A stretch of 42,650 bases of DNA from Campylobacterales bacterium (GTDB lineage: Bacteria; Campylobacterota; Campylobacteria; Campylobacterales; SZUA-545), in NCBI GenBank assembly GCA_025800305.1, contig JAOXRY010000233.1, forward strand, positions 1 to 42,650. The letters are read 5' to 3'. Position 1 is the stretch's first letter; the number at the start of each line of letters is the position of its first letter. The translations under genes and the position numbers were made by a program. The notes under the pieces are model-generated. The model was not told the DNA's origin, did no database searches, and saw nothing but the letters and a program-made list of their open reading frames with translations. Below, piece after piece: positions 11,025-20,060 of this stretch.

Positions 11025-12920
11025 TTAGTTTTGGATAGGGTAACCTAAACCTTTTACTGCCTCTGCGATTTCATCCATAATAGCTGGATCGTCGATTGTA
11101 GCTGGCATTTTCCACTCTGTTCCATCTGCAACAGATTTCATTGTTCCTCTTAAAATTTTTCCAGATCTTGTTTTTGGAAGTCTTGTTACAACTGTACAAA
11201 TTTTGAAACAAGCAACCGCACCGATCTCATCTCTTACCAGTTGTACAATACCTTCAACCAGTGATTCATGATCTCTTTCGATTCCATCTTTCATTACAAC
11301 GAAGCCCATTGGCATTTCACCTTTAAGCTGATCCTCAACGCCGATAACTGCACACTCTGCAACATCTGGGTGTTTAGAAACAATCTCTTCCATTTCACCA
11401 GTTGATAGTCTGTGACCTGCTACATTAATAACCCCATCCATTCTACCCATTACCCAAACATATCCATCTTTATCAATATAACCAGAGTCTCCTGTTAGGT
11501 AGTAACCTGGATAAAAGTCTAAGTAAGATTTTTTGTATCTAGCGTCATCAGCCCAAATACCCATTAAACAACTAGGAGGTAGAGGTAGTTTAATAACGAT
11601 ATTTCCTAACTCTCCTGGTTTTTGCTGATTTCCCTCAGCGTCAAGAACTTGAACATTGAAACCTGGACTTGGTTTTGTAGGACTTCCTGGTTTAAAAGGA
11701 AGCTCTTCAAGACCCATTGGGTTGGAACAAATTGCCCAACCTGTCTCTGTTTGCCACCAGTGATCAATCACTTTTCTTTTTGTAATGTCTTGAACCCAGT
11801 GAAGTGTATCTGTATCACATCTTTCTCCTGCAACATAAACATTGTCCAGTGAAGAGATATCATACTTTTTAATCCACTCACCTTTTGGATCTTCTTTTTT
11901 AATTGCTCTAAAGGCTGTTGGTGCAGTAAATAGAACATTAACTTTATGATCTTCAATTACTCTCCAGAATGCTCCTGGGTTTGGAGTTCTTACAGGTTTT
12001 CCTTCATAAAGAATCGTTGTACAACCGTGCATTAGTGGTGCGTATACGATATATGAGTGTCCAACAACCCAACCAACATCACTGGCAGCCCAGAATACAT
12101 CACCTGGTTTTACATTATAGATATTATCCATTGACCATTTCATAGCAACAGAGTGACCACCATTACTTCTAATTACACCTTTTGGTTTTCCTGTTGTACC
12201 AGAAGTATAAAGTACATACAACGGGTCAATCGCGTCTACTGGAACACAGTCAACTGGACTAGCTTTTTCCTCTTCCTCTGCCCAATCAATATCTCTCCAA
12301 GGAAGCATATTTGCTTTTTCTTGTGGTCTTTGATAGATTAAACAAGTTGTTGGTTTATGACTTGATTTTTTAATCGCTTCATCTAATAGAGGTTTATAGT
12401 GAATTACTTTTGAGCCTTCAATACCACATGAAGCAGAAATTACTGCTCTTGGTTTTGCATCTTCAATTCTTGTTGCCAACTCGTGTGCAGCAAATCCACC
12501 AAAAACAACAGAGTGAATAGCACCAATTCTTGCACAAGCAAGCATAGCAATTACTGCTTCTGGAATCATTGGCATGTAGATAACAACTCTGTCACCTTTT
12601 ACAACACCTTTTGAAACAAGAATACCAGCAACTTTTGCAACTCTATCTCTTAATTCTCTATATGTGTATTTTTTTACAGTATCTGTTACTGGAGAGTCAT
12701 AAATTATTGCGTTTTGATCTCCTCTTCCATTGTCAACATGTAGATCTAATGCGTTGTAGCATGTGTTCATACAGCCTCCAACAAACCATCTGTAGTGTCC
12801 ATCAACTACATCTAAAACTTTATCCCATTGGTGGTACCAGTGTACTTTTGTAGCAGCTTCTGCCCAAAATTTTTCTGGATTTTCTATTGATTCTTTATAA
12901 GCTTTTTCATATGCGCCCAT
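11025..12920 (-). CDS. prpE: Propionate--CoA ligase (acyl-CoA synthetase family)
   Basis: 631-aa AMP-forming acyl-CoA synthetase ([20 protein letters not shown]). The PrpE-like N-terminus is ...[11 protein letters not shown]. It is the first gene of the prp operon. Confidence 0.85.
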   Translation of the reverse strand: MGAYEKAYKESIENPEKFWAEAATKVHWYHQWDKVLDVVDGHYRWFVGGCMNTCYNALDLHVDNGRGDQNAIIYDSPVTDTVKKYTYRELRDRVAKVAGILVSKGVVKGDRVVIYMPMIPEAVIAMLACARIGAIHSVVFGGFAAHELATRIEDAKPRAVISASCGIEGSKVIHYKPLLDEAIKKSSHKPTTCLIYQRPQEKANMLPWRDIDWAEEEEKASPVDCVPVDAIDPLYVLYTSGTTGKPKGVIRSNGGHSVAMKWSMDNIYNVKPGDVFWAASDVGWVVGHSYIVYAPLMHGCTTILYEGKPVRTPNPGAFWRVIEDHKVNVLFTAPTAFRAIKKEDPKGEWIKKYDISSLDNVYVAGERCDTDTLHWVQDITKRKVIDHWWQTETGWAICSNPMGLEELPFKPGSPTKPSPGFNVQVLDAEGNQQKPGELGNIVIKLPLPPSCLMGIWADDARYKKSYLDFYPGYYLTGDSGYIDKDGYVWVMGRMDGVINVAGHRLSTGEMEEIVSKHPDVAECAVIGVEDQLKGEMPMGFVVMKDGIERDHESLVEGIVQLVRDEIGAVACFKICTVVTRLPKTRSGKILRGTMKSVADGTEWKMPATIDDPAIMDEIAEAVKGLGYPIQN

Positions 12921-12928
12921 TACCTAAC

Positions 12929-12966
12929 TCCAAATATAGTTTTTATTATTAGATAGTATATTTGGA
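12929..12966 (-). promoter_or_regulatory. 10-bp perfect inverted repeat in the prpE leader, overlapping the Shine-Dalgarno
   Basis: TCCAAATATA (12929-12938) and TATATTTGGA (12957-12966) are separated by 18 nt. On the minus strand the proximal arm ends in ..TTGGA, which runs into the GGAG 7 nt upstream of the prpE ATG. Confidence 0.4.
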
Positions 12967-13013
12967 TTTGAGAGAAAGTGGGAGTACATTTTTTGTTTCT
13001 AAATTTTCAATTT

Positions 13014-13051
13014 TTGACAGTTTTTTTATTTTTTGTATAAAAAATATACAA
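13014..13051 (+). promoter_or_regulatory. Near-consensus sigma70-type promoter with overlapping palindrome, upstream of the 323-aa HTH gene
   Basis: TTGACA (13014-13019), a 16-nt spacer, then TATAAA (13036-13041) preceded by TG. The palindrome TTGTATA-AAAAA-TATACAA (13033-13051) covers the -10 and the likely start site. Confidence 0.45.
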
Positions 13052-13106
13052 TTTTTAGGTTTTTTTTGTTAAAAACTAATAAATGAAATTTAAAAAAGAT
13101 TAAAAA

Positions 13107-14078
13107 ATGTACAAAAACCCTTTTGAAAAAATAATAGAAATCTACAATAGATCCCACTTAAGTATTTCCAAATTTGCAAAAATCGCTAATAAAGATAGAA
13201 GAACAATGGCAGGATGGATCGATAGAACAGCTTCTAAAGAGCCTAATGAAAGTGTCAAAAGAGATATCTGTCATTTTTTTAGATACCCGTATTCTATTTG
13301 GGATGAAGATTGTAATGGTGATGACTTTTTAAATGAAATAACAAAGCTTCCAAAAGAAGAGATTAAAATAGTAGATTTTAACTATGCAGATAGACTAAGG
13401 TATATTCTTTCCCATGAGGAAAAAGAGAGATTTGTGATTAACCCTCAATTTCCAGGGCCAGTCTATCGTGATACTGCTGCTCCTCTTGTCAATAAGCAAA
13501 GCTCTAAAGAGGCAGAAAATCTAAAATCATTAAGATCTGAACATATGCTTTGTTATTCCTATGAAAGTGTGGAGTGGTACCCAATTAAGGCACTTTTAAA
13601 TTTCTGTTTTTCAGATATTGGAAACTTCTACACTAGAGAGGATAAAATTAAGATCTTAGATCTGATGTATGAGACTTTTCACAATAATTACAATAAAAGC
13701 CTTTTCTTTTTCGATTCATATTCAAGAAAGATCTACGGGGTTGATACCGCTTATACCTCAATCGATCACAAAAAAACATCAATGTTTTTCAAAGCACCAT
13801 TAGAGTCAGTATTTATAGAGATTAGAAACAAAAAAATAATAGAGAGAATCCATAGACACTTTACCTACATCCCAGAAGCACCACACCATACAAATAGGCT
13901 GGAATCTACAAACATCCTACTGATACTTAAAAGATCTATTGAACAAGATTTAAACTTAGAGGCTTGTTATGAGATTATAAATAAAGAGACAGATTACGCG
14001 GCTCTTTTTTATAACGCACTTTCTCCAACTTTGAAAAAGAAGGTTTCTAAACCTAAAGAGGGGCAGAGGAGGAATTAG
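13107..14078 (+). CDS. Hypothetical protein with N-terminal helix-turn-helix-like segment
   Basis: 323 aa. The N-terminal ...SHLSISKFAKIANKDRRTMAGWI... looks like an XRE/Cro-type HTH. I do not recognise the remaining ~260 aa. Confidence 0.6.
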   Translation: MYKNPFEKIIEIYNRSHLSISKFAKIANKDRRTMAGWIDRTASKEPNESVKRDICHFFRYPYSIWDEDCNGDDFLNEITKLPKEEIKIVDFNYADRLRYILSHEEKERFVINPQFPGPVYRDTAAPLVNKQSSKEAENLKSLRSEHMLCYSYESVEWYPIKALLNFCFSDIGNFYTREDKIKILDLMYETFHNNYNKSLFFFDSYSRKIYGVDTAYTSIDHKKTSMFFKAPLESVFIEIRNKKIIERIHRHFTYIPEAPHHTNRLESTNILLILKRSIEQDLNLEACYEIINKETDYAALFYNALSPTLKKKVSKPKEGQRRN

Positions 14079-14084
14079 AATAGA

Positions 14085-17000
14085 TTATTTATTTTTAAAG
14101 ATGTCTTTTTCAAGAGTACGATAAAACAAAGTATATTTAGATTTAATAGTCTTATCTTGAACTTGTTTGTGAAGTTTAATGAAGCTATTTTTAAACTCAC
14201 TCCAAAAGAGATCTTTTAAAAGATCTTTGTCTTGATTTTCTGTTTGTTTTGGAATATTAACTTTATATGAGATCGGGTCATTAGGTTTTTTTAGAAGTGT
14301 GAGTCTATAAAACTCTTCATTGAATTCTTTAAATGATAGCTTTGATTTTGGATGGTTGTTGTTATGAAGAATTATCTTTCTTTGTACTTCATTGAGGATA
14401 TTTTCTCCATCAGTATTAGATCTGTGGTTTTTTTTGATTTTACTGTAGGTATTAACAAGGGATTCTTTAAGATTTTCAATTTCTTTTGGAGGAATTCTAT
14501 TTTTGAATTCTGTGATTTCATCAAAAATATTGTTAATCTCTTGTTCCTCGTTGGCTCGATTAGATTCAGCATCTTGAATTTGGAAGAATTTATCAACAAT
14601 GTCTTTTAGTTGATCGTAATCTTCATTGTCAATTTTATTATTTAAGATTCCTTGAAGACCACTGGTAATTTGGTTTTTGTTAGTTGGTGAAAATTTTTCG
14701 AAGAATTTTTCAATCTCTTTTTTTGCTTCCTCTTCTTTTGCACCTTTGTTAGTATAAATATCTTCTAGTTTTTCTTTTAGTGTTTGGAAGTATCCTCCAG
14801 GAATTACGCCAGGGATTAATTCTGTTGAAGTCCCAAGAGGATCTTTTAGTATAGATTGTCTATTGTAGTTCATTGTTACGTCATAGAGAAATGAGTTAAG
14901 CTGATTGACTATATCTTGTCCTGCATTAACCTTAATATTCTTTAATTCTTTTAGTTTCTCTTGAAGTTCATCTTCTTTTTGATTAAGAACTTTTGCCAGT
15001 TCAAAGTAGAAACCGGACTGCATATCTCCTCTTCTTCCTCCTAAAAATTTCAAGTTTTCATCTATCTCATCTTGAAGAAGGGAAAACCATTTGGCAAGAT
15101 TGGAGATTCTCTCTTTTGTTCCTCTTATTGTATGGGCTTTTTCATCTTGGGCTAAAGCTTTTCTATCTCTTAGTTTTGCCTTTTGAGGAATAACCATAAC
15201 TCTAATTTTTTCTTTTCCATCGTTGCTTGGAAGCTTTTTAATATCAAATGCTTTAACAGTATCAAACTCTCCATAGGATTTTTTAAATTTAGCCAACTCT
15301 TTTGAGATCTGTATAGCCTCACTTCCACCAACAGAAACCAACTCTTTTAATCTTCTCTCTTTTGATTGGATTGTTTTTTGAAGAGTTTCATCTTTTTCCA
15401 TCTGACTAAAGATTGATTTTTTAATATAAGTCAAATCATCTCTTAAAGTTTTAATTTTCCCTATTTGCTTTCGAAAGTTATTAGTGTTGGGAATTTTTTC
15501 TTCAAAGGTTGTCATCATCCTATGGCGCTTGAAGACTGCTTGATTTTCTTTATATTTTTCTGTCATATCTTCCCAACTAAGAATATCTAAGTTGGGACCA
15601 TTTTCATCACTGTTTTTTCTAAAGACAGTTTTTCTCATCCCTGCTTTATTGTGAAAATCTGTCCATAAAGCACTATCTTTTTGAATAAAAGAGTTGATTT
15701 TAATCATTCCTTTTAAGATAGTCTCAAGATGTTCGTTAAACTCTTTCTCTTTGCCAAAAGTTGAAAGAATATTTAACACATATTCAAGGTCACTGACTAA
15801 AAAACCTATATTTCCATTGGCTCCAAGATTAACACCAATTTCTGTTAACTGCTCTCCTGCATCGATTCCAATATCTTGTGTAACAGAAAGGGTTTTGCTT
15901 TCAAATTTAATGGTGTCATAAACAACGTGGAAAAGTTCGTTGACTTTCATTATTTCGTTTTTTATTTTTTTAAGAGATTTTAAAAGAGCACTAGTATCAA
16001 CAGGAGTTAGATCTCCACTAAGACCATGGTATTGGCTAATAAGTTCTCTTGTTTTTCCTATATCTAAATTGGCAATTCTTCCATAATCAACTAATATGTC
16101 ATTGGCAAGTCTTATAAGTTTTGTATAGTTTATATTTGTTTTATCTGCCAAAGCTTGTTTAAAGATCTGATTAAATTTCTCTTTATATCCACATCTGTCG
16201 TCATTTATATAGTCCTCATTATTAGGTAAAGAAGCGATTTTCTTTTCACAAATTAAGGTAAAAAGAAATTTAAAAGAGTTTAGATCTAAAATATCAATAG
16301 AGGTTTTTTGTTGTATACCTCTAATATAATCTTTATCAAATGTATCAAGAATTTCCTCTTCTTTTGCAAGTTTTGCTCCATAGGAATCTGTATATTTTTT
16401 TAACTTTGTAGGAAGGATATTTTCAGAAGCAAGGGCATTTTTTAGTTTGTCTAAATCCATGGCATTATTTTGAGCAATTTCGTAAAGTTCCATATTCAAT
16501 ATACTTGACTTTTGGATAATTTCTTCAGTTTGATTTTCTACACTTTCTAAAAGAGCAAGAGTTTTGAATTTCTCTCTTATAACATGGTTTTGATCAACTT
16601 CTTTAATAAAGAAATTTTCGAATTCTAACTGGAACTTTTGACAGATAAGTTGAAGTCTTTCTTTATTGTCTTTGTGGTTTTCTTCTGCTTCTTGTATCTT
16701 TTTTTTATTTTTACTATCTGTAGAACGAAGAGCTTTTAATGTATTTTTCTTTTGTTTTAAAAGCCCTGCTTTCTCAACGATTTCTTTTAGTTTTCTTACC
16801 TGTTTTTTTACAAAGATATTAAAAATTCCTGTGACTTCTTTTTCAAGATCTGTTGTTTTTAGTATCTCTTTTAAAATATTAGAAAGGGGAAATTCATCAC
16901 CAAAAGCCCCATTAATTCTTGTTTCAATAAGATATTCAGGAGTATATTTAATGGTGATTCCACTTTCGTCAAGGGTAACCTCTTTTACATTTTTTTCATC

Positions 17001-17405
17001 TATATCAATTTTTCTCATTGATGCTAAGGATATATTTTTATTGAAAGTCTTATCATTATCAAATCTATCTATTTCATTTTGATAAATTTTTAAGTCAATT
17101 TTAGGAAATACAGAAGTATAAGTTGTAAAGCATTCGTAGAATCTTTTTTCTATAGGAAGAAGGGTTATTTTCCCTCCTACATCTTGAACAAAATCAATGG
17201 TCTCAATATCTTCCATTTTTATAAAAGAAGAACGGATAACATCTCCACGAAGAGAGTTGATAGTATCTTCACTATTATCATTAATAGTTTGAAGATCTTC
17301 AGAAGTTAAATCAAATTTTAAAATGAGATTGTGATCTTTATCTCTCTCTAAAGAGCCTTCTAATATTTTTTGAGATATGTAAGATATCTGTTGAGAGTTG
17401 TTCAT
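14085..17405 (-). CDS. 1106-aa Lys/Glu/Asn-rich, largely helical/coiled-coil protein of unknown function
   Basis: Long uninterrupted ORF in ~25% GC DNA. No signal peptide, no TM segment and no catalytic motif that I recognise. It starts 6 nt after the stop of the upstream response-regulator gene. Confidence 0.8.
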   Translation of the reverse strand: MNNSQQISYISQKILEGSLERDKDHNLILKFDLTSEDLQTINDNSEDTINSLRGDVIRSSFIKMEDIETIDFVQDVGGKITLLPIEKRFYECFTTYTSVFPKIDLKIYQNEIDRFDNDKTFNKNISLASMRKIDIDEKNVKEVTLDESGITIKYTPEYLIETRINGAFGDEFPLSNILKEILKTTDLEKEVTGIFNIFVKKQVRKLKEIVEKAGLLKQKKNTLKALRSTDSKNKKKIQEAEENHKDNKERLQLICQKFQLEFENFFIKEVDQNHVIREKFKTLALLESVENQTEEIIQKSSILNMELYEIAQNNAMDLDKLKNALASENILPTKLKKYTDSYGAKLAKEEEILDTFDKDYIRGIQQKTSIDILDLNSFKFLFTLICEKKIASLPNNEDYINDDRCGYKEKFNQIFKQALADKTNINYTKLIRLANDILVDYGRIANLDIGKTRELISQYHGLSGDLTPVDTSALLKSLKKIKNEIMKVNELFHVVYDTIKFESKTLSVTQDIGIDAGEQLTEIGVNLGANGNIGFLVSDLEYVLNILSTFGKEKEFNEHLETILKGMIKINSFIQKDSALWTDFHNKAGMRKTVFRKNSDENGPNLDILSWEDMTEKYKENQAVFKRHRMMTTFEEKIPNTNNFRKQIGKIKTLRDDLTYIKKSIFSQMEKDETLQKTIQSKERRLKELVSVGGSEAIQISKELAKFKKSYGEFDTVKAFDIKKLPSNDGKEKIRVMVIPQKAKLRDRKALAQDEKAHTIRGTKERISNLAKWFSLLQDEIDENLKFLGGRRGDMQSGFYFELAKVLNQKEDELQEKLKELKNIKVNAGQDIVNQLNSFLYDVTMNYNRQSILKDPLGTSTELIPGVIPGGYFQTLKEKLEDIYTNKGAKEEEAKKEIEKFFEKFSPTNKNQITSGLQGILNNKIDNEDYDQLKDIVDKFFQIQDAESNRANEEQEINNIFDEITEFKNRIPPKEIENLKESLVNTYSKIKKNHRSNTDGENILNEVQRKIILHNNNHPKSKLSFKEFNEEFYRLTLLKKPNDPISYKVNIPKQTENQDKDLLKDLFWSEFKNSFIKLHKQVQDKTIKSKYTLFYRTLEKDIFKNK

Positions 17406-17411
17406 AAGATT

Positions 17412-18752
17412 TTAAAAAAGTTCCAACTCGCTGTCGTCTTCTTGATGAGAAAGGTAGTTTTTTGTTTGGATACAGTTACTGATAATTGAGTCATCAAAAA
17501 AATGAATATCTTCAAGATCTTTCTCAACGAACATCCCTTTTCTCCACTGGAAAATATCATCACTTATTCCAAAAAGAAGATCTCTTAAATGATCTGCTGA
17601 TTCTATATCTTGGGCTTGGGAAAGTCCGTTTGCCAATTCCAGTAAAGCGTCATAAACTCTTCCAAATTCTTGTAAAGAGGAAATGATATCTGCCAACTTA
17701 TAAAGAAGTTCTGCTGCTTCTTTTGTGTTGTTTTGTTGTATTCTGTTAATGACCAATTCAAACTCTTCATCAATCATCTCAAATTTATTGATTTTCTCAT
17801 TTATATCTACAGATCTTTCAATAAAATCTTCTGCTGTGTCTGTATCCTTAGCTCTTTTTTCAATCTTTGTAGGAGAAAAAGGTATATGAGAATTTTCTAA
17901 TTCCTTCACTGTAGGATGGCTAATTTCTTTGATAAGAACATAAAAAGCTTCTCCATTGTACATTGATTTTAAAGACATGGATATTGTTTTAGATTCGCCA
18001 TCTTTTGCTATACAGACTTTTACAAAATTGTGAACTTCTCCTACTTCTTTTCCATATTGAAGAACAAATTTTGTCATATCTTTATAAGTGTCATCGGTAA
18101 TGTCAAAACAGCTAAGTCTTTGTAACTCTCTTTTTGTATAACCAAAGATACTTGTGTAAACATCTGAAATTAGTTTAAAGTTTCCTTTTCCATCCATAAT
18201 TCCATGACCTTCATCTGTTGAATCGATTATGAAATCAAGGACTTCTCTTTTTCCTTTTAGCTCTTGTTGGATAATACGATACTCTTTAAAAAGTTTAAGC
18301 TCTTTCTCTTTCATTTTATTATAAAGCTTCTCACTATAATCATCATCTAATCTATTAACAGCAAAGCTTCTAATAGCCCTTGCAACTTTGTGTTCAAGTA
18401 CCTCTTTTTCAATTGGCTTTGCTATAAAAAAATCTATATCTAAATCTATTAATTTTATGATCTCTTTTGCATCACTTTCTCCTGAAAGGGCTATAATAAT
18501 CTGTTCATTATCAACTTTTTTGATTTTTTCCACCATCTCTGTTCCTGATAAAACAGGCATTGTGATGTCAGTAAAGATAATGTCAAAGTTGCCTTTTTCA
18601 TAGAGCTTAAGTCCTTCAGAACCATTTTCTGCTGTTGTGATGTTTTTAAAGTATTTGTTTAACATAGCAAGGGTCACCTGTCTTACCATAGGTTCATCTT
18701 CTACATATAAAATATTCAGATCTTTTCCAAACTTTGATATTGATTGGTTCAT
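17412..18752 (-). CDS. Response regulator: intact receiver + PAS-like domain + C-terminal helical domain of unknown function
   Basis: Receiver motifs are intact (YVEDE, IIFTDITMP, ALSGES, FIAKP). A PAS-like segment follows (LDFIIDSTDEGHGIMDGKGNF..FGYTKRELQ). I did not recognise any DNA-binding output domain. Confidence 0.8.
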   Translation of the reverse strand: MNQSISKFGKDLNILYVEDEPMVRQVTLAMLNKYFKNITTAENGSEGLKLYEKGNFDIIFTDITMPVLSGTEMVEKIKKVDNEQIIIALSGESDAKEIIKLIDLDIDFFIAKPIEKEVLEHKVARAIRSFAVNRLDDDYSEKLYNKMKEKELKLFKEYRIIQQELKGKREVLDFIIDSTDEGHGIMDGKGNFKLISDVYTSIFGYTKRELQRLSCFDITDDTYKDMTKFVLQYGKEVGEVHNFVKVCIAKDGESKTISMSLKSMYNGEAFYVLIKEISHPTVKELENSHIPFSPTKIEKRAKDTDTAEDFIERSVDINEKINKFEMIDEEFELVINRIQQNNTKEAAELLYKLADIISSLQEFGRVYDALLELANGLSQAQDIESADHLRDLLFGISDDIFQWRKGMFVEKDLEDIHFFDDSIISNCIQTKNYLSHQEDDSELELF

Positions 18753-18754
18753 GA

Positions 18755-19444
18755 TTAGTCCTCTATAAATTCATCAAAATTCTCAAACATCTCTTCTACT
18801 TCTTCAGAAAACTCTTCTTGATAGACTTTTCCATCTTTCATATAGACAAATTTGTTTGACTCCAATTCAAACTCTTTTTTATAAGCTGCAAACTCATGTT
18901 CATTAGTATCGACAAATTCTTTAAACTCTTTTTCTAAAGAGGTTTTATAAGCTTCAAATTCATCCATTTCTTTTTTTATATACATTTTAAATTCAGCATC
19001 AACAGAAGCTATGTTTAGTTTTCCTTCTCTTAGTAAGATTTTTTCATCTTTATTGGAAGAATCGACTATAAAGTTTGTTCCTCTAATTCCTATTGTTGCT
19101 GTTTTTGTTTTGATTCTAAATTTTTCTTTGGATATTTTTTTTGCTACAGCTGAGATGTTGTAGAAGATATTTCCACTTTTTTGAACAACATAGTCTTTCT
19201 TATCCAGCTTTAGTTGGCTCTTCTCCCCTAGAACAATAACATTTTTATCAAATTTTATAACAATTCTTGATTTATCACCAGTATGAACAAATCCTCCTAC
19301 AAGAAGCTTATCTCCAACTTGTAAAGTCTTTTTGTTTTTGTTAATTGTAAAAAATGCTTCTCCGTTGATTTTTGATACAACTCCAAAACTACTAGCAAAG
19401 CTTCCAGTTATAACCATTAAAAAAATGAGCAATTGTTTTATCAT
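18755..19444 (-). CDS. Secreted FecR-domain protein with acidic Phe-rich tail
   Basis: Signal peptide MIKQLLIFLMVITGSFASS. FecR-domain pattern: VGDKLLVGGFVHTGDKSRIVIKFDKNVIVLGEKSQLKL ... RIKTKTATIGIRGTNFIV. The C-terminal tail has a repeated EFxAYK..EF motif and ends EMFENFDEFIED. Confidence 0.75.
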   Translation of the reverse strand: MIKQLLIFLMVITGSFASSFGVVSKINGEAFFTINKNKKTLQVGDKLLVGGFVHTGDKSRIVIKFDKNVIVLGEKSQLKLDKKDYVVQKSGNIFYNISAVAKKISKEKFRIKTKTATIGIRGTNFIVDSSNKDEKILLREGKLNIASVDAEFKMYIKKEMDEFEAYKTSLEKEFKEFVDTNEHEFAAYKKEFELESNKFVYMKDGKVYQEEFSEEVEEMFENFDEFIED

Positions 19445-19453
19445 AAAATATTC

Positions 19454-20005
19454 CTAAAAAAGTGATGGATTGTCTATAGATTTTATCTTAAAACTTTTTC
19501 TGTGTAAAGGAGTTAAACCATGTTTTGAAATTTCCTCAATATGGTTCTTTGTTCCATAACCTTGGTGGGAAGCAAAAGTAAACTCTGGATATTTTTCTCC
19601 ATCTTTTACCAAAGTCTTATCCTTTGTCACCTTTGCCAATATACTTGCAGCTGATACTTCTTGATATTTGCTATCTGCTTTAACTTCTGTGTCTACTCCG
19701 TCATTGCCAAAATTTGTATTTCCATCCATCAAATATCTATCAGCTTGTAGAGTCTCTCTTATCTCTTTTATGCCTTTACCAAGACATTTGCTTAGTCCAT
19801 ATTCGTCAACTTCACCACTGGAAAAAACAACAATAAGATACTTACTGCCCTCTAAAATTTTTTGGTAAAGTTCTTCTCTTTTTTTTGGTGTAAGTTTTTT
19901 AGAGTCATTAAGACCCTCTATCTCTTTTTCTAAAATAACTCCAGCTATTACCAATGGTCCTGCAATACATCCTCGACCTGCTTCATCCATTCCACAAAGT
20001 GACAT
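19454..20005 (-). CDS. rnhB: Ribonuclease HII
   Basis: Canonical N-terminus CGMDEAGRGCIAGPLVIAGV and SKKLTPKKRE. Size is 183 aa. Confidence 0.9.
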   Translation of the reverse strand: MSLCGMDEAGRGCIAGPLVIAGVILEKEIEGLNDSKKLTPKKREELYQKILEGSKYLIVVFSSGEVDEYGLSKCLGKGIKEIRETLQADRYLMDGNTNFGNDGVDTEVKADSKYQEVSAASILAKVTKDKTLVKDGEKYPEFTFASHQGYGTKNHIEEISKHGLTPLHRKSFKIKSIDNPSLF

Positions 20006-20060
20006 ATAAAATCCTTTTATTGGAAAGATCTAAGCAACAATTACACCAAAGCTAAAAAGT

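Noticed and set aside
11768-11956. 62-aa minus-strand ORF inside prpE in another frame; also 14372-14599 inside the 1106-aa gene.
   Set aside because: These are out-of-frame overlaps within strongly supported genes, with no independent signals.
13107-14078. Calling the 323-aa HTH protein the prp operon regulator (PrpR).
   Set aside because: It has no sigma54-activator AAA+ domain and no GntR/LysR/IclR features. Only position (divergent from prpE) supports the idea, so I left it as a hypothesis in the findings rather than an annotation.
16050-16073. [AG]x4GK[ST] P-loop pattern (ANLDIGKT) in the 1106-aa protein, which would suggest an SMC/ABC/dynamin-like NTPase.
   Set aside because: There is no hydrophobic beta-strand before it, no Walker B, signature or Q-loop motif that I could find, and it sits mid-protein in a helical region. 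The pattern occurs by chance often. I kept it only as something for a profile search to test.
16666-17082. 138-aa plus-strand ORF, surprisingly long for ~25% GC DNA, inside the 1106-aa gene.
   Set aside because: The sense strand here is dominated by AAA/GAA/AAG codons. Their complements (TTT/TTC/CTT) avoid stops, and the product is Phe/Ser-rich nonsense. It is explained by the sense gene's composition.
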